Assembly: GCF_006345805.1 (NCBI RefSeq)
Contig: NC_043012.1
Location: 36,270,001-36,334,000 of the forward strand
Direction: 5' to 3'
Length of the DNA stretch: 64,000 nt
From: Octopus sinensis
Taxonomy: Eukaryota
Shown here: in pieces, positions 40,201 through 53,963 of the stretch
How positions within the stretch are numbered: position 1 is the first letter of the stretch
Layout: each line of letters starts with the position of its first letter
Program-made: the position numbers and the translations under genes
The notes under the pieces: model-generated
Seen by the model: only the letters and a program-made list of their open reading frames with translations
The model's database searches: none
What the model was told of the DNA's origin: nothing

Positions 40201-43200
40201 TATAATTTGTATAATGCTGAATATATAATGTAATATGCACCATGTGGTATGTATGTTCTGTCACAGAAGTTCCATGTATGTACCATGTATATCATGTAAT
40301 GTGTCCCACATGGTGTTTCATACTGGCCTTGATGGTAGGTTTCCGGCTAAAGATTATATCTGTATACAATGTAGTGTGTGTATAATGAAGCGAGTATATA
40401 AAATGGTGTATATAGTGGCCAACTACACACCTTTTTGTCCCCAGAAATCCTTTAAGTCAGCAGTATGATTTCTATCCCTTCCCGTTCCATTCTGTCAACC
40501 TAAATACACGGCACCCTCAATAACCTTTACCATTCACATAGAGAATCTTGTTCTTCAATCTAGAATCTTCTTTATTATTTCAGATGACAATAAATGCTCG
40601 GATTGTTGTTGTAGGTGCATCCACGGTGGGCTTGTCCTTTCTGGAGACATTGATCTTCTGGTATGTTGTTCAGTTGTGCTTATTTCCTTTCGCATGTCCA
40701 CAATAACCTAACTGTAAATTGGCACAATGAGGAGCCACTGCAAACAACAAAAACTCTCTATAATTAACAACAGTTTTATTAGTATGTAATGAAAAATTAA
40801 AATTCTTTCATTAGAGAGGGTACAAGCATTACTGTATTAAGATACCCCACAAAAATGAGTTCTTATCTTTCATACTATGTTCCTGAATTTCACAGATGCC
40901 CTTCCAATTTTTGTCTTCCATTCAGACATAGAATATAACCACATTACCAAACTCAAATATGTCTGCCCATAATTCACACTTACCTTTCTCATAAACTTCC
41001 CCACATTACATTTCTAACTTCTCACATTTCATCTTCTATCTTTCTTAGAGTGGCTAACTGGCTTCCATGCCAGTGGCACATAAAAGGCACCATTTGAGTG
41101 TGATCTTTACCAGCTTCGCCTTACTGGCACTTGTGCCCGTGCTAGTAGGGTGCTAAGAGCACCATCTGAGCGTGATCATTGCCAGAGCAGCTAACTGGCT
41201 TCCATACCAGTGGCATGCAAGAGGCACCATTCGAGCGGGATCATTACCAGCTTTGCTTTACTGGCACCTGTGTCATTGGCATGTGTAAAAAGATTCGAGC
41301 GAGGTCGTTGCCAGTACTGCCTGACTGGCCTCCGTGCCAGTGGCACGTAAAAGCACCCACTACACTCTCGAAATCGTTGGCGTTAGGAAGGGCATCTAGC
41401 TGTAGAAACTCTGCCAGATCAAGACTGGAGCCTGGTGCAGCCATCTGGTTACCCAGCCCTCAGTCAAATCATCCAACCCATGCCAGCATGGAAAGCGGAC
41501 GTTAAACGATGATGATGATGATGGTGATGATGATTTCACATCATACATTTCATGTTCCATGTTATCGATGACATTGTTAAAACCCTAAACTAAAGAATTT
41601 AACGAAAATCAGCACAGCCGAGATATCTTAAGTTAATGAGATTAAGAGTTTGTGGCATTCATGCCTTTGTAACTAAAAATATTTGTTTCTGTTTTATTTT
41701 CCAATTTTCTTTGCAGTCCTCATTTGAATTTCAACAACATCACCCTGGTTTCACCCCATGGTCTGCCAGCAGAGTCAAAGCCCGACCCACATCTTCAGAA
41801 TATGATGGCATCAAAGTAATCATACTGTTGTTTATTAATTTCTTGCTTTTTTTAATTAACAACTTTCCACTGAACTCTGACCAGTCGTCATTTTACCATA
41901 AAATCGCGGCAACATTTATTATTTCTATAGTAACATTTACCATCACCATAGCAACATATATCATCACTATAGCAACATTTACCATCTCCAAAGCAACAGT
42001 TATCATCACCATAGCAACAGTTATCATCCCCATAGCAACATTTAACATCATCATAGAAACATTAGCATCAACATGGTAGCATTTATCTTCGCCATAGCAA
42101 CCACTATAGCTACATTTATTATAACCATAAGATTTAGCATCACCATAGTAACATTTATAAACAGAATAGGATGATTTAGTACCAACATTTTGGCGCACCC
42201 ATTTCGTGGAGTTGAAAATTTTGCTGCTGATGGCAAACACGGGCGCACACACACAAATACACACACACATACACAGAAGATATCAAATATATTAAAACGA
42301 AAATGCAGAGTTATCTCCCTTACTATGACTATCTGTTAATGTGTGTGTAAGGAAAGAAAACTTCGAATGACCCGTCCGTGTTTTTTCTTGTCCCTTTTTT
42401 GTATCATGTCTGGATGTTTTGCGTTCTTGTCCCATTTTTTGTATTCCTTTATATATATATATATAAAATTATAATTTAGGGTATCTAAGAGATACCGCCA
42501 CACTGGAGATAGCAGCCAAAACCTTACTCTAAAACCACATTAAATGTTCATACAACACCAGGTGTATGTATGAACATTTAATGTGTTTTAGAGTCAGGTT
42601 TTGGCTGCTATCTCCAGCGTGGCGGTATCTCTTAGATACCCTAAATTATGATTTTATTAATAATAATTATTACCTTTGAAGGTTTTTATTGCCATGCTGG
42701 CCACCTGATAAGATCGATATTTATAATAATAATAATAATGAAATTATTGTATACAGTGCTCAGGTGCACCACAACTTGTCAGAAAGTGCATATAAAGTAC
42801 ATGCAGTAATGTAGAAATGTCTGGAAAGTGAACATGCTTGTGTGTGTATGGAGGGGAGAAAATCAGGTGTAGTGTTGGCGAATCTCAGGGAGCATGGAAG
42901 TTTTGAAGGATGCAGTGCTCCGACAACTAACAACCGATGCCAGCAGTTTGTTCCACGCTTCAGCAACTCTCAGCGTGAAAAAATGTTTCCTGAAGTCATG
43001 GGTGGAGCTGTGCTGTTTTCTTACTTTGTAAATATGTCCACGGGTGTTAGATGGGTGGAGTTTGAAGAGGTGCTCAGAGTTATTGTTTGTGCGATGGTTG
43101 ATAATTTTATGGGTGTCTGCCAAGTCAGCTGCCAGACGTCGGAGTTTCAATGTGTCCATGCCCAGGGAAGTAAGGCGTTCAGGATATGGCAAATGCCTGA

Positions 43201-44417
43201 TGGAGGGTATTCGTTTGGTTGCACGTCGCTGAACAGCTCCCAGACGATTGATGTCCTGGGCAAGATAGGGGTTCCAGACCGGTGATGCAAATTCCAGGTG
43301 AGGTCTTACCATAGCTATATAAAGCTGCAGATAGATAGCCGGAGAGCGGCTCACAAAGGATTTGGTGAGTGATGCCAAGACACCCTCAGCCTTCTTGACA
43401 ATTTTAGCGATGTGTTTTGTCCAACGCAAATCACTGTCGACAATAACACCCAGGTCACGTTCACTTGAAGACTTTTTGAGACTAGTGTTGTGGAGGGAGT
43501 AGGTGGACGCTGGGTTTCTCCTCTCAAAATGCATGGTGGTACATTTGTCCACAGCCAGCTTGAGTTGCCAGTCCATGATCCACTGCTGCATTGTGTCCAG
43601 GTCTGCTTGCAATAGAAATCCATAGTGTACAGGATTTGACCTCTTTATTTCGAGGTACAGCTTGATGTCATCTGCATATTTCAGCACTGTGGCATTCTTT
43701 AAGTTGGCATCTATGTCATTAAGATATGCAACAAATAAAAGGGGGCCAAGAACAGATCCCTGCGGCACACCAGATGTCATCTCATAGGGCGAAGAGTGCT
43801 GTCCTAGAACTGTGACAATCTCTTTTCAGCCGAAAATAAAGGACTTTAACCAGTTATAGAGTTCGTCTCTTACACCCAACGCAGAAAGCTTCACCATAAG
43901 TCTTTTGTGTGGCACAGAGTTAAAAGCCTTAGCAAAGTCCAGGTAAACAACATCCACCCAGGATCCGCGATCAGTGATTTGGGTAACGTCCTCAAGAAAC
44001 TCGATGAGTTGATTACAGCAGCTGGAGTTAGGAATAAATCTGAATTGTGACGGCTGGATGAGGCTGTGAGACTTCCAGAAGTTCCAAAGGGTTTCTCTGA
44101 TACAGGATTCCATCAGTTTGGTGATGCAGCTAGTAAGACTGACGGGGCGATAGTTGACAGGCGATGTGCGGTCGCCTTTTTTGAACAGAGGGATGACACT
44201 GGCAGTTTTCCACTGTTCTGGAGTAACACCATTGTCAAGACAGAATTGGAAGAATAGAGAAAGTTGGCTTAGAAGAAAGTACCCACCGCGTTTGAGAAGT
44301 AGGTATGTAACACCATCGAGACCAGGAGAGGCATAATTGCGTTTATTCTTTAGGTGGCGTTGCAGCATTGCTGGTGTAAATTGCATAGAAGATATAGAGT
44401 CCGATTAACGATCTTAT

Positions 44418-44498
<81 letters not shown>

Positions 44499-46890
44499 CA
44501 CATACTCAGCAAAGACGTATTATTGTTAATAAGAAGAAAACAGTATATTTGATTTATCAAAAATAAAGTTTTATTTAATTGATAATTTGTTAATTACGAT
44601 CATCACCACCCAACCAGTTTGTTGTTATGAAGAAGAATATAAAAACCATATTTCTTTGGTGCCACACCATCCAAATTAAATGAGTTTTGTGAGGAAATAT
44701 TGCTGCAAAATTGCCAGCACCAAAGTGTCTTTAGCCCCATTTGTGGCACTGTAATAACATCTTTAAAAAATTCTGTGACATTATTACAGCCTCCGTACCT
44801 GTTCTGCCCTGATCCCTTTTCTCATACTTTAATCATTTCTCTCTTAGCTTAAAGCACCCCCTCCTTTCTTCAACCTCCACTTTGTCAAAGAGGACCTTAA
44901 TCTTGTAAGCTGAAAAAATAGCACCCAGTACATGCTGCAAAGTGGTTGGGGGTCAGGAAAGGCATCCGGCCACAGAAACCATGCCAAAGTGGTTGGGGGT
45001 CAGGAAGGGCATCCAGCCATAGAAACCATGCCAAAGTGGTTGGGGGTCAGGAAGGGCATCCAGCCACAGAAACCATGCCAAAGTGGATGCTGGACCTTAA
45101 TGCAGTTATAGAACATGGATGTTAAATGATTGTGATTATGATGAGGAGGAGGAGGATGCAAATGATGAGGAAGAGGATAATGATGATGACGATGATGAGG
45201 AAGAGGATGATGATGATGATGATAATGATAAAGAAGAGAATGATAGCAATGGAGTTGACTCCAACCTACCATATGACTTTAACAATCCCCCACCACCCTA
45301 CCACTAACCCTCCTATCACTACACCACCACCACCACCATACTACCACTAAGACCATCTCCTTGTCTTTCAGTTTCTACTACAGTCCAGATCACCTGGCCA
45401 GAACATCACTGAGGTCATGGGTGAGTGTGGTCAAAAGTAAGATGACCAAAATTGTAAGGTAACTACTTTTACAATCACTTTTTCCACTACCATCCAACTA
45501 CCTTTTACAGTCACCTTTCTATTCATTTAACCTCTACATACCTTTATAATCACCTAACTATGCCTATTAGCCACCTTTATATTAATCTAACATCTACCTG
45601 TCTTCAGAATCACTTTATGGACCAACTACTTTTATAGTCACCTCACCTGTTGTCTTAATTACATTTTCATCTATAAACCCTAACCTCATTTGTTTTTTGT
45701 TTTGTTTTTTTCTCAGAGAGAAGAAACATCTTATTACATCTAATGGCCACACCATTCCATATGACCACCTCTTCCTCTGCTGTGGTCTTCAATATACTTC
45801 TGTGGTTTGGGATGTCAAGAATCCTTTTGCCAAACAGGACCGTTCCTTCTTTGTCATAAACAATTTGGTTGATGCAGCTGAAGCCATTAAATGGGTCGTC
45901 CTGCACGTCCTTTGTGCACCAGGTGAGGGAAATCCTTATTTTCTCACGTAAACACCTGACTGAATCATTAAGTTTTTCTTTTTTGTTTTTTGCATATCAT
46001 CATCATCTGACATGTGTTGGGTGGTTCTACAGGAACCAATAAGCCAGTGGATTGCACCAAACTCCAATATCCGCTTTTACATGGTTTCTTTGGCTGGATG
46101 CCCTTCCTCGTGCCAACAACTTTGTACAGGTCATGCTACAACTACAACATTACCCAGACATATTCTTCAAGACATATTTTTCAAGACATATTCTTCAATA
46201 GGAAATCAGAAGATAAAAACAAACAGGAAGTGGGGAGTGATTGATGAGCTCCTCTAAAAGAGAGGCATGTGACAAGGGCCAAGCCAGAAGGGGAAATACA
46301 TTGGTGTCACATTTTGTAGGTGAAATTGAAATATCATTAGACAATAATATAGCAGGGATGTCAACTCCTCTCTCTCTCTCTCTCTCTCAGACAGGTGATT
46401 AGTGTAAGAGCAGTGTGAGGTAAGGATGACTTAGGGCGTGTGTGATAGATGGTGAGAGGATAGCTGACTATGTTTCAGTTACATCATCATCATTTAGCGT
46501 CCGTTTTCCATGCTAGCATGGGTTGGACGGTTCTACTGGGGTCTGTGAAGCCAGAAGGCTTCATCAGGCCCAGTCAAATCTGGCAGTGTTTCTACGGCTG
46601 GATGCCCTTCCTAACGCCAACCACTCCGTGAGTGTAGTGGGTGCTTTTTACGTGCCACCCGCACTGGTGCCAGACAGAGCTGGCAAACGGCCACGAACGG
46701 ATGGTGCTTTTTATGTGCCACCGGCACGAGGGCCAGGCGAGGCTGGCAACGGACACGAAACGGGGCGGTGCTGGCAACGGTCGCGAAACGGAAAGTTCTC
46801 TTACATGCCACCGGCACTGGTAACACATCTGCAATTTCCATTGATCGATTTCCATTGATCGATTTCGATTTATTATATATAGATATAATA

Positions 46891-46923
<33 letters not shown>

Positions 46924-49437
46924 AATTATTGTATACAGTGCTCAGGTGCACCACAACTTGTCAAAAGTGCATATAAAGCACATGCAGTAATGTACAAATG
47001 TCTGGGAAGCGAACAGTGTATGAGTCAGATACATGCCTGTGTGTGTATGGAGGGGAGAAAATCAGGTGTAGTGTTGGCGAATCTCAGGAAGCATGGAAGT
47101 TTTGGTGGATGCAGTGCTTCGACAACTAACAACTGATGCTGGCAGTCTGTTCCATGCTTCAGCAACTCTTAGCATGAAAAAATGTTTCTGAAAGCCATGG
47201 GAGCTGTGCTGTTTTCTGACTTTGTAAACATGTCCACAGGTGTTAGACAGATGGAGTTTGAAAAGGTGCTCAGAGTTATTCTTTATCTTTATCTAGTTTC
47301 AGCTCACGAGCTGTGGCCATGCTGTGGCACCGCCATTTGCTGTTTTATATTCATACATAAGCTTTGTTGTAGTAAGGGTTATTTTTTTTTTGATCTGAAC
47401 AAATTTAAGATTCAGTCAAGCTTACTGAAATTTTCTATTTTCAATTATTTTCAAGTATGGAGCCCTGAGAACTTGTGGAAGCACAGCCCAGTGCCAGGGT
47501 CGGATAAAACAGGTCAGTTTTCAATATGTAATTTTATTTTTGTATGCCTACAAGTCTGTATAGTGTAACTTTTCATTCTAATAAAATGGCAAACACCTCA
47601 AAGGAAATAAACATTTGCCATAACAACAGAGAGTACAAAAAGAAAAGAAAAAGAAAACAAACTTTAACAGAAAGACTTACATTTTGTCAAATGGGGAAAA
47701 TAATGTAATTTTGATATTTTAATAAATTAGTTTACACAGCAAAGACAAATATAGGAACATCAAAAACTCTTTTGCTAGTGTTACTAAACAAAGATCTTCG
47801 AAGAAAATAAAAACCAGCATGGCAGCTATTTGTTACAACAAAAAATACCTCCTTGCTTAAGGATTTGTCCAAAAATGGAAGGAGGGAGGGAGGGTTTCTA
47901 ATCGCTTCTAAAAGAACAGCTGAAGGAAGCTTTGGCAAATTGTGGAATGATGTGGTTTCCACCTAGTGGATCTGGTTACATTGAAGTGTGTTCCTAGTCT
48001 TCAAGACCCAGGAAGAGATCAGATGACTGGCTGAGTGGATACACTTGGGCCTACCAACAGGTCCATGGTGCTGCAATATCTGAGTCAGCAAAATATAAGG
48101 TTTGCAATTAGGGGCATTATTAATGACAGTTACCCTTTGCTTGTCATCAGTACTGGTAGGTGACGAGTACCAAAGTTCTTAGAAATAGTATGTCAGATGT
48201 CTGTGTCAAGATACAAATCTTAATGACCCTTGAAGACTACAAGGTCATACTGGAGCTGTACCCCACCGAGGGGGACGAAGGAAAGGCCATGAGATTAGTG
48301 ATTCAAGGTAAGATGTTAAGCTGATATAGAGGCAGACGTAAGGGCCATTTGAGAGTTTTCTGCCCTTTGGCATTGGAGAGGCAGAAGAGGAGGTGAAAGT
48401 GAAAGGTAACGAAAGATGAAGAAAAACCCCACTTCATCCTAAGTATGAGCCAATGACCTTGCTTCTTTTAGTACCACTCCCCCACCATCTTGCAATGGGG
48501 AGGAAATGGAAGCCTGGAAGGGATGGTTAATGGTGACATTACTTAGACTTAGGCCTGTCATAAAATCTAGGACCCATAGGACTGGGGATTAAACTGGTTT
48601 CCATGGCATACAAGTCACTCAGCTTACAACACTTCCCCCACACCCTGGATGGAATGCCAATCCCTCGCAGGGTTAACTTCTCAGCCGTTGTTGGAACTCA
48701 TTTGCAGCTGAGTGAACTGAAGCAGAGGAGAAGTGAAGTGTCTTGCTCAAGAACGCAATGCACTACCAAGTCTGAAACCACAATCAGAAACCACAATCTC
48801 GCAATTGGGAGATCACCATTCCAACCTCTAAGCTATGCACCTTCTATTGTAATAGAAGCAAAAATAATGAGTGTGTGTGTTTGCATGTGTGTGTGTGTGT
48901 GTGTGCATGTGTGTGTGTGTGTGTCTAATGAGAGATTTGAACTCTCTGGACCAGTCAAAGCCAATACAAATATTTACTTATGACCCTTATACTTTGACTT
49001 ATTTTTCTAAGCTACTTAAACTATGGCAATAATCTTAATCCTTCTTATTCTTTTCGCTATATTTCATTTAAGTTACACCACAACATTATCCTCACTACAA
49101 ACCTTTATCTTATACGTACCCTTAAAAAAAAGTATACCTCACCTTAAATACACACACACACACACACACAGAAGGCAGCACGCTGGCAGAATCGTTAGCA
49201 TGTCAGACAAAATGCTTAGCACCATTTTGTCTCTGTCTTTATGTTCTGAGGTCAGCTTTGGTGTTGATAAAACAAGTGACACAACATTGAGCCTTGATGC
49301 AGTCCTTGGCCCTGTCAAACTGTCCAGCCCATGCCAGCATGGAACATGGATGATTCAAATGGTGGTGGTGGTGGTGGTGGTGGTGGTGGTGGTGGTGGTG
49401 GTGGTGGTGGTGGTGGTGGTGGTGGCGGGTGTGGCGC

Positions 49438-49484
<47 letters not shown>

Positions 49485-49506
49485 GCGGCGGCGGCGGCGG
49501 CGGCGG

Positions 49507-49547
<41 letters not shown>

Positions 49548-49609
49548 GCGGCGGCGGCGCGGCGGCGGCGGCGGCGGCGGCGGGCGGCGGCGGCGGCGGC
49601 GGCGGCGGC

Positions 49610-49640
<31 letters not shown>

Positions 49641-49660
49641 CGGCGGCGGCGGCGGCGCGG

Positions 49661-49692
<32 letters not shown>

Positions 49693-49705
49693 GCGGCGGC
49701 GGCGC

Positions 49706-49786
<81 letters not shown>

Positions 49787-49796
49787 CGGCGGCGGC

Positions 49797-49827
<31 letters not shown>

Positions 49828-49828
49828 A

Positions 49829-49906
<78 letters not shown>

Positions 49907-52900
49907 GTGGTGTGGTGTGGCGGCGGCGGGCGGGTGGCAGCATAGTTATATATGTTTGTTTTTTGTTCTATCTGATCAATGCAGATATATTTTGTGTGTT
50001 TCAGGTAACATTATAATCTACGGTGACACTCTTGATGCTTACTGCTTCCTGCAGACAATGCTGGAACTGGGCCTTTCTGGTAAATCCATTCACCTGATGA
50101 TTCCGACAACAGAAAAAGTGGTAATTCTTGCCATTTATTCACATCAGCCTTAACAATGACAACTGGTATACATTACTGTCATGTGACCGGTGGAGGAGGA
50201 GTTAATGTCATGTGACCAGTTAGTTGAATCTGTGGTCTACTAATTCCAGGTGGTGGTGATGATGGTGGTGGTGGTGGTGGTGGTGGTGGTCAGAGCCTCA
50301 GGTCAGTTCTATGTGATCACAGACGTCCTAGACATGACCTTCCTGTCTTTTATTCAGTCATTATCTAAGATGTTGTTTGGCTCAGATCAGCCTTAATTAG
50401 ACAGACTTATGATCCAAGACATTCCAGCTTTGTATATAAAAGGTAAAATTGCCGTGTGTCTCCCTTGTTTGAAATTCTGCCTGTATATGGCATTTGTTTT
50501 ACGATTAAGTAGACTGATCTTTTATTGTAGTATGTACACCCATACTTAGGTAAATGATGGCTTATCATGGCACCCTTTTACCTCTGGGTGAACTGTGTCT
50601 ATACATGGCACCTATTGGCAGTTAGGTGGACTGGGTCATTGAAACTAAGATGTTGACCACAGCTACAATGCAGCCCTGGTGGTTGTATCCAAAACCTTCA
50701 ACCAGGTTACCATCTCTCTGATCTCCCACATAACCTGTTAACCCACACAGCTTGTAGACCCAGTCAAAATGTTGATCCTCTCTATCCATTGACCCCAGTA
50801 AAGGTTGTTCTTAACTCAAGATGCTATTGGCAACAGTCCTCCAAGTGTTGGGTCACAGGAAACCAGCAAGGACTCACAGCTGTATCCATGCATAAGCTCT
50901 AGCTAACCTCTGGCCAGAACAGGAGTACTACCCTAGGACCACGCCCAACACATGTCTGTCCTGCACAACACACCCATAAGAAAGGGGCTGTTTTGAACCT
51001 ACAACTTCTTCACATGACATCACTTCCTCTCCCTCCTGGTCAATCATCCTTCCTCCACACCTATTTTGCATGTTGCCCATTCAGTTTGTTAATCCTCTCT
51101 GTGTTGGCCTACTCAGTATGTTGCCCCACCCACTTCATATGCTGACCCACCCCTTCAGCATTTTAACCCACCTACACAATGCATTGACCCATCCTGCATG
51201 TTGGCCTACTCAGTATGTTGCCCCACCCACTTCATATGCTGACCCACCCCTTCAGCATTTTAACCCACCTACACAATGCATTGACCCATCCTGCATGTTG
51301 GCCTACTTAGTATGTTGCCCCACCCACTTCATATGCTGACCCACCCCTTCAGCATTTTAACCCACCTACACAATGCATTGACCCATCCTGCATGTTGGCC
51401 TACTTAGTATGTTGCCCCACCCACTCAGCTTGTTGATCCACTCACCTTGTTAACCCACTTGCCATGTTTGCCCACTCATTTTGATACCAGTTACCTGACA
51501 AATTAACCCTCTGTTGCATCACCCACCCCCACTCACTCAGCTGTACCTCTCTTGCCCCCTCCCTCCTCCCTTACTAACGGTGTCCCATGGCAACCAACAT
51601 AATTCTCCTGTCAAAACCTGGGACGACTGAGATGTTGTATTTTTGTAGGCTCCTGAGGTGAATGACTATATCGAGGAAATGATCTTCAGTGAGTTGGTCA
51701 ATCAGAACGTTCAGATCCATTTCAATTGCGACTTTGTCAAGTGGAGTACCATCGAGGACTCTTCAAGCAGATATGCCTACTTCCACGACAGACGGAAATC
51801 CTTTAAAATTGAGTATGTTGTGAGTATTTCTTCAAATACATGTCCAAAGAAATGTATGAAATGTATGTGCGGATTATATGAAATGTGGTGGGAGTGGTAT
51901 ATGAAATATGTGTGTGAAATATATGAAATGTGTGTGTGTGTGTGGAATATATGAAATATGTGTGGTGGAATATATGAAATGTGTGTGTGTGTGTGTGGAA
52001 TATATGAAATATGTGTGGTGGAATATATGAAATATGTGTGAAATATACGAAACATGTGTGTGTAGAATATATGAAATGTGTGTGTGGAATATATGAAATA
52101 TGTGTGTGAAATATATGAAATGTGTGTGTGTGGAATATATGAAATGTGTGTGGTGGAATATATGAAATATGTGTGTGTAGAATATATGAAATGTGTGTGT
52201 GTGGAATATATGAAATACGCGTGTGAAATATACGAAACATGTGTGTGTGGAATATATGAAATATGTGTGGTGGAATATATGAAATATGTGTGTGAAATAT
52301 ACGGAACGTGTGTGTGTAGAATATATGAAATGTGTGTGTGGAATATATGAAATATGTGTGTGAAATATACGAAACATGTGTGTGTGTGGAATATATGAAA
52401 TATGTGTGGTGGAATATATGAAATATGTGTGTGTGTAGAATATATGAAATGTGTGTGTGTGGAATATATGAAATACGCGTGTGAAATATACGAAACATGT
52501 GTGTGTGTGGAATATATGAAATATGTGTGGTGGAATATATGAAATATGTGTGTGTAGAATATATGAAATGTGTGTGTGTGGAATATATGAAATACGCATG
52601 TGAAATATACGAAACATGTGTGTGTGTGGAATATATGAAATATGTGTGGTGGAATATATGAAATATGTGTGTGAAATATACGAAATGTGTGTGTGTGGAA
52701 TATATGAAATGTGTGTGGTGGAATATATGAAATATGTGTGTGTAGAATATATGAAATGTGTGTGTGTGGAATATATGAAATACGCGTGTGAAATATACGA
52801 AACATGTGTGTGTGTGGAATATATGAAATATGTGTGGTGGAATATATGAAATATGTGTGTGAAATATACGGAACGTGTGTGTGTAGAATATATGAAATGT

Positions 52901-53909
52901 GTGTGTGGAATATATGAAATATGTGTGTGAAATATACGAAACATGTGTGTGTGTGGAATATATGAAATATGTGTGGTGGAATATATGAAATATGTGTGTG
53001 AAATATACGAAATGTGTGTGTGTGGAATATATGAAATGTGTGTGGTGGAATATATGAAATATGTGTGTGTAGAATATATGAAATGTGTGTGTGTGGAATA
53101 TATGAAATACGCGTGTGAAATATACGAAACATGTGTGTGTGTGGAATATATGAAATATGTGTGGTGGAATATATGAAATATGTGTGTGAAATATACGGAA
53201 CGTGTGTGTGTAGAATATATGAAATGTGTGTGTGGAATATATGAAATATGTGTGTGAAATATACGAAATGTGTGTGTGTGGAATATATGAAATATGTGTG
53301 TGAAATATACGAAACATGTGTGTGTAGAATATATGAAATGTGTGTGTGGAATATATGAAATATGTGTGTGAAATATACGAAATGTGTGTGTGTGGAATAT
53401 ATGCAATATGTGTGTGAAATATATGAAATGTGTGTGTGTAGAATATATGAAATGTGTGTGTGTGGAATATAGGAAATACATGTGTGAAATATACGAAACG
53501 TGTGTGTGGAATATATGAAATGATTGTGGTGGAATATATGAATTGTGTGTGTGTGGAATATATGAAATGTGTGTGTGTGGAATATATGAAATGTGTGTGT
53601 GTGGAATATATGAAATGTGTGTGTGTGGAATATATGAAATGTGTGCAGTGGAATATATGAAATGCATGTGGAATATGTGCCTGTGAAAAGTATGTTGAAT
53701 TGGTATCTCTATGGTACCACTTTGAAGAACTTTTAGTTAAACCAATCAACTCCAGGATTTATTATCCTTTTGTAAAACTTGGTGCTTGTTCTTTGCCAAA
53801 CTGCTGAGGTAAGCACACCAACACCGGTTGTCACGCAGTGGTGGAGAACAAACAGAGACACAAAAGCACACACACATAGATATATAAATGTGTATGTATA
53901 GATATGTGT

Positions 53910-53963
<54 letters not shown>

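Noticed and set aside
41050-41360. CRISPR-like repeat/spacer look (gtgccagtggcacgtaaaagcacc recurring), also at 8920-9040, 28760-28990 and 46620-46830
   Set aside because: The spacers resemble each other, the module is internal to a dispersed SINE, there are no cas genes, and the host is a eukaryote.
49023-50153. Poly-Ala/Gly/Arg/Pro ORFs on both strands
   Set aside because: Products of the (GGT)/(GGC) tract; only 50005-50120 is a real CFAP61 exon.
51777-53749. 451-648 aa His/Ile/Phe/Tyr/Thr-rich minus-strand ORFs
   Set aside because: Stop-free reading of the AT-rich satellite in three frames; compositional artefact.
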